DNA of 64,000 nucleotides from Candidatus Latescibacterota bacterium. GTDB taxonomy: Bacteria; Krumholzibacteriota; Krumholzibacteriia; WVZY01; JAKEHA01. Location: contig OY970173.1 of NCBI GenBank assembly GCA_963707635.1, positions 2,464,001-2,528,000 on the forward strand. Direction: 5' to 3'. Of this stretch, positions 51,101 through 59,246 are shown one piece after another; the stretch's first letter is position 1, and every line of letters starts with the position of its first letter. The position numbers and the translations under genes were made by a program. The notes below the pieces were generated by a model, which did no database searches, was not told where the DNA came from, and saw nothing but the letters and a program-made list of their open reading frames with translations.

Positions 51101-53668
51101 TCGCCGACCGACACTTGCGCCACGTTGGCAGTGAACGCGTCGAGCACGTCCGCCAGACGCCGCGCCGGGCGGCGCCTGATAGCGCACCGTGATGCGGCCG
51201 TGGCGTCGGAGTTCCCGCAGCGCGCGGTGGGTTGAGGTGGTGGTCGGGTTGCGGGTCGACCGGGTCTCGGATACCAGCGACCCGTCGGCCGCGTTCTTGA
51301 TGAAAATGTCGACGCGCTCGCCGCTCTTGACGTTGCCGAACGCGTCGGTGAGCGTCGCCGTCACCACTTCGAACGAACTCACCGTGACGCTCTTGCTGCC
51401 CGGCGTGATCACGAGGTTGGCGCCCGGGCCTGCCGTGCCCGTGGCCGTGAAGTCGACGCTGGGCGTGCTTCCGCTCGCGATCAGCGCGCGCAGGCGGTTG
51501 AGCCCCACGATCGTGCCCAGGCGCCAGACATCGCAGTCGATGGTTCCGTCGGCGATGGTGACGCCGGTGCTGTCGACGCCGCCTCCGGCGACCACATCCA
51601 CGGTGCCTCCGCCACCGACGGCGCGAAACGTGACGGTGGCGCCGGAGACGAGGTTATCGAAGGCGTCGCGCACGCGCACCTTCGGCAACACCGCGACCGG
51701 CGTGTTGACCGCCGCCGACTGTCCTGCGCCGGCGACGAGTTCCACCTTGTCCGCGCCGCCGCTGGACACGGTGATGACTTGCGACTGGCCGCTGGCGGCG
51801 CCCTGCACCGCGTTCAACTGAAACAACTCGGCGCGCGTATCGGTGACGCGAAGCGGCGCGACACCGTTGTCACCGGGAGCGAACGTATACGTCGCGTCGT
51901 CGCCTGAGAGATTGACGAGTGTTCCCTGCGCGAGCGGTGCCGCCCACTCGACCACACCATTGCCCACGCCGCCGCTCGTCGTCGAGAGATTCACGGTGCC
52001 GGTGTAGCTGGTGACGACGTGGCCCTGTGCGTCGAGCGCGGTGAGCGTGACCGGCTTGATGGTCCCCGCGATTGCGTTCCCGTCGGGCATCGACCACTGG
52101 AAGCTCGCGATCCCGCCCGCGGTGAAGTTCACCACCGCGGAGTCGGTTACCGCGGTGGCGCCGATCACCGCCTTGACGGTGCGCGTGCCGACGATGGTGG
52201 TCGCCAGGGTTCCTGTCGCCTGACCGCTCCCGTTGGTGACCCCGCCCGGCTGGGTCAGCGTGGCGCCGGCGGCCGGGATGGCGGAGAGCGTCACCGACTG
52301 GCCGGAGACCGGGTTGTTGTTCGCGTCCCGGGCCGTGACCGTGATGGTGCTGGTGGAGGTGCCGTTCGCCGTCACCGGGGTGGTTGCCGCGACCAGGCTC
52401 GCGCCCCCGCTCACCGGTCCCGGCTGGAACGTGACCTGCGCCGTCGGCGTGAGCGCCTGTCCGTTGATGGTCGCCGAGACCGTCACCAGCTGCGCCGTCG
52501 TGTTCGTCACCGACCCGATCGCGCGCCCGTCGGCGCCGGTGGCGCTGCCCGGGTCGGCCTTGTTGGCGTTGCCGGTCACCGCCAGCACGACCGTGTCGCC
52601 CGCCCGCGGGTTGGCAAACGCGTCTCTCGAGGTCACGGTGACGGTGCTCTGGCTGGTGCCGTTGGCGATGACCGGGCCGGTCGCGGAAATGGTCGACACC
52701 GTCGTGCTCAACGGGCCGGGTAGCACGGAGACGGTGGCCACACCGCCGAGCACCGGCGATCCGGAGGTGGTGAGCATGGTGAGCGAATGAGGTGTCCCGG
52801 TCGTCGCGAGTGTCGCCCGGTAGTCGACGCGCACCGAACTCTGCCCGGTGGAGATCACGATGCTCGTAATCGGCGTCGAGTGATTCCCGGGCGAGTAGTA
52901 CGAGCCGTGGGTCGAAAACAAGCCGATGGTGCGATTCGCCGGCACCGCGGTGCGGTTGCCGAAGGCGTCGCGCACGACGATCCGGTACGCGGCGAAGTCG
53001 CCCGCGGTCATGGTGGTGTCGCCGGGAGCCGGATCCAGCGACGACGGGGCGCCCGCGACGACCGTCAGCTGCGGTGAGGTCGCGATGGAGACCGGGGACG
53101 CGCCCGCCGGGTCGGACGCCACCAGAAAGACGTGCACGCCGGTCGCCGTCGCGGCACTCGCCCGCGCGACGGCGCCGCCGGCGTCGTCGCCGTAAATGAG
53201 CGTGAGTGTGTTGCCGGCCGTCAACGTATCGACGTCAATCGTGACGACCTGGCCCCCCACCGTGAGCAGCGGGTTGCCCGTGGGCTCGTTGGTGCCAATG
53301 CTAACGAACGCCTCGGAGGTGGAAGACGAGGTCTGGGGCGCGCTCCATCCGGAGGGAATCGTCACGCGCACGGTGCCGTCGGTGATCGTCTCGGCCGCCG
53401 TGTAGACGATGGTCCACTTTCCGGCCGCACCTGCGGGAACCGATGCCGGCGGCGATATCGTCGCCGTCCCGCTGCCGGGGCCGGCCAGCGCAGGAACAGC
53501 GGCCGCGACCCACGCCATCGAGAGCCCCGCCGCGAGTCCCCGAGAGCACGCGCGGGTGGCGCTGCGACGGGGTCCCCGCCGCGCGGAGCCGGCGGGGTGG
53601 CGCGGCGACAGGACCCGCGCTAGCGGCGACAGGCCCCGCGAAGCTGCTGCGAAAACAGGCATGCTCAT
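39098..53668 (-). CDS. Giant (~4,800 aa) Ig-repeat surface protein with C-terminal FlgD-Ig/T9SS-like domain; split by at least 6 apparent indels
   Basis: Continuous T/V/G/S-rich beta protein across ORFs 50537..53773, 49957..51147, 49368..50720, 49190..50143, 48580..49422, 47994..49193 and 39098..48628. Invasin Big_1-like DxxxNP motifs; CTD HNYPNPF...IYALTGDLV...WDGRNGQGEVVRNGVY. Confidence 0.85.
47930..51100 (-). repeat. Approximately 1.58-kb (about 525 aa) diverged tandem duplication within the giant gene
   Basis: TNLRITF...PAGQS...VEAVDG (near 51060) recurs as THLKITF...PAGQS...VEALDG (near 49490). RATILDG occurs near 50200 and 48620; ILDG..ARERVTF near 49550 and 47970. Confidence 0.75.
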
Positions 53669-53740
53669 TTTTCGAACGGGCGTGCTCGACTTCCTGGGAC
53701 GGCGGCCGGCTGGACCGGGCGGAGAACCCATATCGACGCG

Positions 53741-53756
53741 TGCAACTCCCATGCCC
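53741..53756 (-). promoter_or_regulatory. sigma54 promoter candidate for the giant-protein locus
   Basis: Minus strand GGGCAT-GGGAG-TTGCA has the GG-N10-GC spacing, about 75 nt upstream of the likely ATG. Confidence 0.55.
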
Positions 53757-54022
53757 CACCAGCGGTTCCCCATTTCGGGGCATGACTACCCCGGGCTGGA
53801 GTCGGACTCAATCGGCGGGAACTCCAGCACCGACGCGAGCCGGGATTCCCGGGATGGTAGCAGCCGGAGGCGGAATAGGCAATCCCCGCAAGGGATTAGC
53901 CGGGACGACGGGGAACTGGCGGGAAGGGTGCCAGGGGGCGACCCGACACGGGTCGCTTGACCCAGGCGGCCGGGGCCAGGCCAACGGTTCGTGGCGGGGT
54001 GGACGGGCGGTTTGCCCCGTCG

Positions 54023-54403
54023 TCAGGGGGCAATGGCGAGCACTTTCACGATCGAGTTCCGGCTGTTGAACCCGTCGGGTTCCGACAGCGGGTTGGCGGG
54101 ATCCGGGACCCAGTTCTTCCCGTCCACCACGAACTTGTACGCGTACGTTCCCGGCGACAGCGGGTAGTAGAGCGTCCACTCGCCGTCGGAGTTGTCATCC
54201 GCCATCGGATCGGCCGTCGGCGACCAGTCGTTGAAGTCGCCGACGACACAGACCTTCTTCGCGTCGGGATTGCGATAACGAAACAGCACTCCGCCTTCGA
54301 CCAGTTGCGGGCCGGCCGCCGGGGTCGGCGGCGGCGGTCCCCCGCACCCCGTACACAGGACAGCAACGAGGACCGCGGTCCCAACCCGGCGACGTGTCAT
54401 CAT
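54023..54403 (-). CDS. Lipoprotein with CBM48/AMPK-beta-like glycogen-binding domain
   Basis: Lipobox-like LCTGC; VVGDFNDW, PGTYAYKFVVDGKNWVPDPANP...DGFNSRNS. Confidence 0.88.
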   Translation of the reverse strand: MMTRRRVGTAVLVAVLCTGCGGPPPPTPAAGPQLVEGGVLFRYRNPDAKKVCVVGDFNDWSPTADPMADDNSDGEWTLYYPLSPGTYAYKFVVDGKNWVPDPANPLSEPDGFNSRNSIVKVLAIAP

Positions 54404-54831
54404 CGAACCTCCAGTTCTCCGCCGCGACCCACCAGCAGAATCTCCGACGCCCGGCCCGCCGGGCCCGCGTCCACCTCGGCGGGATTGCCGGGGTCGAGAC
54501 GCCACACCGCCTCGTCGAGCCAGAAGAGGTACTGGTACCTTCCCGGAGAGAGCGTGACGACGATGTCCCACACGCCGTCTCCGTCGTCGTCGCTCATCAG
54601 ACCGATGTCGGCCTCGCCCGCGGGACCGTCCCCCTTCGCCCAGTTGTTGCCGGGCCAGCTGCCCGCGAGCTGCACGCGGTGCGCGGTCGGCGCGAAGAAG
54701 CGGAAGCGGACTCCGTCGTGGGTCACCGCCGGCATCGGCGCGCGCGAGCGCGGGGCCAGCGACGCGCACGACACCGCGCCCGCGACGGCGAGAGCCACGA
54801 TCGCAATCCGTGCGCATTTGAATCGCTCCAT
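54400..54831 (-). CDS. Lipoprotein with CBM48-like domain
   Basis: Lipobox-like AVSC; VRFRFFAP, DDDGDGVW, PGRYQYLFWLD...WRLDPGNP. Confidence 0.82.
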   Translation of the reverse strand: MERFKCARIAIVALAVAGAVSCASLAPRSRAPMPAVTHDGVRFRFFAPTAHRVQLAGSWPGNNWAKGDGPAGEADIGLMSDDDGDGVWDIVVTLSPGRYQYLFWLDEAVWRLDPGNPAEVDAGPAGRASEILLVGRGGELEVR

Positions 54832-54842
54832 CGCCTTCGCTT

Positions 54843-56900
54843 CTAATCCAACTGAATGACGCATTCAAGCTTGATCGTGCCGAGATCTTCCAGCGACGTC
54901 TCCAGCCCGCGCAAGCTCTCGAGGAGCGGCGCCGCGTCGCTGCGCCGCACGCCGCTCTCGATGGTCCCGCGCAGGTACCCGGTCCGGCCGATGTCGGCGT
55001 AGTCCCCGACCACCGGGTCGAACACCACCGGGTCGAATCCGAATCCCAGGTTGAGCGAGACCCCGTCCCACGCGTAGCCCGCTTCCAGATAACCGTCCCA
55101 GTAGGAGGCCGCCGCCTGTGCCGGCGTGTCATCGTACCACGCCATTCTCGCGTCGGCTCGCGCAACCCAGCGCTGGCGGAGCGTGGTCTGAACGAACGCC
55201 CGCGCGCTCGCGTGCCGGACTTCCCCCGCCCACCCGCGCATCTGCACGCGCAGCGTCACCCCGGCCTCGGTCCGCCCGGAGTCCTTCTCCGCGGCGAAGG
55301 TGACCACGTCGTGCGACTCGAGGCCGAGACCGACGATCGAGGGCTCGTCGACCTCGTCCCAGAGTTGAAGCCACGGGTTGCGTTCCGGCCAGTCCGCATA
55401 CAGCGCATCTGGCGTGTCGCCGTAGCTGGCGTCGGTGTAGGTGAGCGTGGCGCGCAACGACCACCCGTGCCACGGGAGCGTGCCTTCGGCCACCACTCGC
55501 TGCACGTCGGCCCGCGACGACCCCTCGATGCCGTCGAAGTCGAAGCGCGTCCCGTCCCAGCGCAGCCGCACGCTTCCCCCCGCCACCGGGGCGGCCAGCT
55601 CGAAGAGCGCGCGCTTCGTGTCCATGATCGGCATGCGCGCGACCGCCGGCACCGCGTCCGCGCCGGGAGCAATCGTCGGCGGCAGCGTGCCCGTCACGGA
55701 TTCCGACGCAAACGCGTGCGCGTCGCAGTCCCCCTGGCCGTACGCGCCCGTGATGCGCAGCCCGTACACGTCGCGGGCGCGCAGCCACGCATTCGTCACG
55801 CGGCGATCCTCGCGGGTCGCGTACTCCGTGGTGGTGAACCCGGACGCGCCGCGCAGCACCGAAGCAAACACGCCGGGGTTGACCCCCAGGTCCTCCCGGC
55901 GCGTGACGCCGAGGTCGAAGCCGCCCAACGACGCGGTCGCGTCCAGCGCGAGGACGTCGGAATCGTCGAACGTGTACGCGTAGGTGTAGACCGTCGTGTC
56001 GGCGGCGGCGCCGGCCGCGAAGGACGCGAGCGCGGACGCCGGGATGGTGACCGCGGGACGCGGCGTGCGGGTGGTCTCGTCGGCGTAGAAGACGCGCAGC
56101 GACGCGTGCGACGCCGACGCCACCGCCGCGACGCCGTGGCGGCGGAACCCGGCGTCGTAGCCGAACACGCCCGCGTCCCCCACCAGCGCCATCGGATCGC
56201 TCGACGCCCACGTGGAGTCGTTCTCGAGGCCGCGCACGTCGATGCGTCCGAAATCGAGGTCGACGCGGCCGCGGTCGAAATACGCGTCGAGCGAGGGCGG
56301 CGACCACGTCCACGACGAATCGTCGGTCGCGACCCGCGCGCGCGCATCGAGGCGGGCGTACGACCCGTTCACTTCCGCGTCGACCCGCTGGGTCCCGTCC
56401 GCGTCGCCGTCGTCGACGCGGAGTGCCCCGATGTAGCGCAACCAGCCGTGCACATGCCGCGCGGGAGCGCCGGTTTCGCGGCGCTCGGTGTCCAGAATCA
56501 GCCCGCCGCTTCGCTCGATGAGCTTGATCGGAGAGCCCTTCTCGGCCGACCCCGGGTTGTCCGGGTCCGCGATCCAGTTCCCGTCGACGACGAACTTGTA
56601 CCGGTATTCACCCGCGACCAGGAACAGGCGCACCTCGAACTCCTCCCCGTTCGCGCGCATGCGCTCGACGGTCGGGTTCCAGAGGTTGAAGTCGCCCACC
56701 AGGTACACCTCCTGCGCGCCGGGCGCGCGCAGGGTGAAAACGACCTCGTCCTGCTCGACGCGAACGGCGGCGTGCGCCGGGAACGCGACAGCGGCGACGA
56801 CGGCGGCGCACAGCACTGCTAACCACGTGTGGCGCGCGCGTCGGGTATCCCCGCGAGCGGGGGCCCCTCCCGACACGCGCCCGCAAGTTCGCCGAATCAC
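54843..56900 (-). CDS. Exported CBM48 domain fused to a putative large beta-barrel
   Basis: Signal peptide ending AHA; VYLVGDFNLWN...GEYRYKFVVDGNWIADPDNP; long amphipathic-strand region. Confidence 0.72.
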   Translation of the reverse strand: MIRRTCGRVSGGAPARGDTRRARHTWLAVLCAAVVAAVAFPAHAAVRVEQDEVVFTLRAPGAQEVYLVGDFNLWNPTVERMRANGEEFEVRLFLVAGEYRYKFVVDGNWIADPDNPGSAEKGSPIKLIERSGGLILDTERRETGAPARHVHGWLRYIGALRVDDGDADGTQRVDAEVNGSYARLDARARVATDDSSWTWSPPSLDAYFDRGRVDLDFGRIDVRGLENDSTWASSDPMALVGDAGVFGYDAGFRRHGVAAVASASHASLRVFYADETTRTPRPAVTIPASALASFAAGAAADTTVYTYAYTFDDSDVLALDATASLGGFDLGVTRREDLGVNPGVFASVLRGASGFTTTEYATREDRRVTNAWLRARDVYGLRITGAYGQGDCDAHAFASESVTGTLPPTIAPGADAVPAVARMPIMDTKRALFELAAPVAGGSVRLRWDGTRFDFDGIEGSSRADVQRVVAEGTLPWHGWSLRATLTYTDASYGDTPDALYADWPERNPWLQLWDEVDEPSIVGLGLESHDVVTFAAEKDSGRTEAGVTLRVQMRGWAGEVRHASARAFVQTTLRQRWVARADARMAWYDDTPAQAAASYWDGYLEAGYAWDGVSLNLGFGFDPVVFDPVVGDYADIGRTGYLRGTIESGVRRSDAAPLLESLRGLETSLEDLGTIKLECVIQLD

Positions 56901-58372
56901 AGGTCCCCCCGCACGGAAAACGTGAGCACGCCGTCGCTGTCGGGGGCGGGCGCCCAGTCGTTCTCCTCGAGGAAGTACGGGTCGTCGCCCACGACGGCGC
57001 GGCCGTAGCCGAGGGTGAGCCAGGTGCGCCGCGTCGGACGGAACTCGAGGCGCGCGAATACCGCCTGCGTCCATGGCGGTGCATCGCGCACGATCCAGCG
57101 CAGGTAGAGCGCGCTGGTCGCGCTCCAGTTGACGCGGCCTTCCACGCCGGCCGAAGCGACGCTCGCGACGCCGATGCGGTCTACCATGGCGTCGACGCGG
57201 CCCGAAAAGCGCTGCAGCCCGCGTCCGTACCCGACGTGCACGAGGCCCGCGTCCTCACCGCCATCGGCGTCGTCGCGCGCCACACCCGCGCGCACCAGCA
57301 CGCCCGAGTTGTCGCGGAGCAACGCGTGCGCGGAGAGCTCGAGCGACCGTCGCGTCGCGTCGAAGAACTCGAAGCGGGTTTGCTCGCGCAGCGCGAGCCG
57401 CGCGTCGACCGCGTAGCGCCGGTGCGACCAATCCAGCCACGCCGCGCGGTCGACCGTCCCGGGGCGTCGCGACGAGAGATCGTCCACGTAGTCGGCGCCC
57501 GCCAGGTCATAGTGAAGCGTCGCCGTGATCCACCCGCTGGCGCCGACGCCGACGCGGTTCGCGCGCACCTCCGCAAACGTCGCCGAATTCTCCGGCGCGG
57601 CCGCGCGATACCCGGAACCCAGGTCGTCCCACGACGCGCCCGGGAAGAACATCCCGCTCCCGAACCCGGATTGCTCGTACGAGACCACCGCGGTCGCCCA
57701 GCGCGCGCAGGCCGATGCTTCGGCCTTCGCGATCGCGTGGTCGTCGCCCTGCTCGGGCGCGTTGTGGAGGTAGGAAAGCGAGGCGAATGCGTGCGAACCG
57801 GCATAGCGGGCGGCGCCGAGCTGAAGCACGCGGGTCGAAGGGCCCTCGTCGAGCCCGGCCGCCAGATACATCGCGCCGAAGTCGCCGCGCGAGCCGTCGA
57901 CGCGGATGCCGAGGCGGTGCGTGAAGCGTTCCACGCGGTCGTCGTCGACGATCGGGGTCCCGAGCTCGCCGGTGAAGAAGCGGCGCTCGTCGCCGAACGC
58001 GCAGGCTTCGATCGCGGTCCGGGAGGTGTCGCGCCACGCGTAGCGATACTCGCCCTGTGCGAGCCGAAACGCCACCCGGCCGAGCGCGTCGTCGGTCTGG
58101 TTCCACGACGCGACCCCCTTGAGGTAGAACCGGCCGCTGCGCTCGCCGCCGACCGTGGCGTCCGCCATGAAGCGCGACGAATCGGCGGGCGATCGTGACG
58201 CGAGATTCCACGCCGGCACCGCAGACTCGTCGGCAACCAGGCGGATGTCCAGCCGGGCACGCAGCGCCACCGGGACCGGGGAGCGCACGCCGATCGCATG
58301 CGCGCCCGATGCGAGCGCGCCCGACGCGAGCAGGATCGCGCCCGCGAGTCCCGTGCTAGCGCGACGAACCAT
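56897..58372 (-). CDS. Putative outer-membrane beta-barrel protein
   Basis: Signal peptide ending AHA; aromatic, alternating beta-strands; C-terminal LTLGYG...DDPY...LTFSVRGDL. Confidence 0.6.
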   Translation of the reverse strand: MVRRASTGLAGAILLASGALASGAHAIGVRSPVPVALRARLDIRLVADESAVPAWNLASRSPADSSRFMADATVGGERSGRFYLKGVASWNQTDDALGRVAFRLAQGEYRYAWRDTSRTAIEACAFGDERRFFTGELGTPIVDDDRVERFTHRLGIRVDGSRGDFGAMYLAAGLDEGPSTRVLQLGAARYAGSHAFASLSYLHNAPEQGDDHAIAKAEASACARWATAVVSYEQSGFGSGMFFPGASWDDLGSGYRAAAPENSATFAEVRANRVGVGASGWITATLHYDLAGADYVDDLSSRRPGTVDRAAWLDWSHRRYAVDARLALREQTRFEFFDATRRSLELSAHALLRDNSGVLVRAGVARDDADGGEDAGLVHVGYGRGLQRFSGRVDAMVDRIGVASVASAGVEGRVNWSATSALYLRWIVRDAPPWTQAVFARLEFRPTRRTWLTLGYGRAVVGDDPYFLEENDWAPAPDSDGVLTFSVRGDL

Positions 58373-59246
58373 AGGGGGTCACTTTCTGTGGCCGCGAGTA
58401 GCGCAACGTCACGGCATAGCTCGCTCCGAGCGTTTCGTGGCCGGTCATGCCCGCGTCGAAGGCGAACCCCTGCCACAGAATGCCAACGCCGATCGTCGCG
58501 CGGTTGGAATCCAGGCCGCCGCGCAGCGCCAGGTGGCGCTCGAGACGCAGCTCCGCGCCGCCCCGATTCCTCCACGCGCCGGTGGCGTCCTGACGCGTCT
58601 CGACCGTGACCACCAGGCGATCCTGCCAGTAGTACGCCAGGCCCACCGCCTGGGCGGATTCCAGCGCGGTCGATCCGCCGCCCGGGACGAGGTCGATGTC
58701 GGGCTGGTTGAGATTGCGAATCGAGTAACCGACTCCGATGAACGCGAATGGACGCAGCAGCACGCCGGCGCCGAAGGCGACCGCGGTGGCGGGGTCGGCC
58801 GCTTCGTCCCCGGCGGCGACACGCGCGAGGTCCACGGACGCGCCGACTGAGAGCGACGCGTCTTCGGACGTGCGCTTCACGTCGCAAGCCACCGCGACCG
58901 TCAGCAGGTCTTCGGAGTACGCGCCGGCGAGGCCGCGGTGAAACCACGACGCGCCCAGGTTCACGCCTGGCACCGGCACCGCCACGGCGAGGTAGCCGTC
59001 GTCGAGGCCGGTGACGCCGTACGGGCGCTGGTAGGTGGCGAGGAGAGAGAGCGTGGGCAGGCTGCACAGGCCGGCCGGGTTGTCGACGACCGCGGAGGCG
59101 TCGTCCGCGATGGCAACGAACGCCCCGCCGAGCGCTGCTGCCCGCGTGGACAGGAGCGGGCGTTCGAAGTGCGCCGACGCCGCCGGAGCCAGTCCCGCGG
59201 CGAACAGCGCGACCACCGCACCGATGCGACCACCCGCCGGTGTCAT
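58356..59246 (-). CDS. PorV-like beta-barrel protein
   Basis: RAAALGGAFVAIADDASAVVDNPAGL, RPYGVTGL, GAE...LRGG, HETLGASYAVTLRY. Confidence 0.78.
   Translation of the reverse strand: MTPAGGRIGAVVALFAAGLAPAASAHFERPLLSTRAAALGGAFVAIADDASAVVDNPAGLCSLPTLSLLATYQRPYGVTGLDDGYLAVAVPVPGVNLGASWFHRGLAGAYSEDLLTVAVACDVKRTSEDASLSVGASVDLARVAAGDEAADPATAVAFGAGVLLRPFAFIGVGYSIRNLNQPDIDLVPGGGSTALESAQAVGLAYYWQDRLVVTVETRQDATGAWRNRGGAELRLERHLALRGGLDSNRATIGVGILWQGFAFDAGMTGHETLGASYAVTLRYSRPQKVTPYGSSR

Noticed and set aside
39098..53668. Polymorphic toxin (CDI or Rhs) interpretation of the giant gene
   Set aside because: No RHS/YD or haemagglutinin repeats, toxin tip or small immunity gene. The C-terminus is a sorting-type domain.
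53830..53880. Possible c-di-GMP-I riboswitch (GACGC...GATGGTAGC)
   Set aside because: It lacks the GGCAAA/GAAA elements and lies on the wrong strand for the downstream gene.
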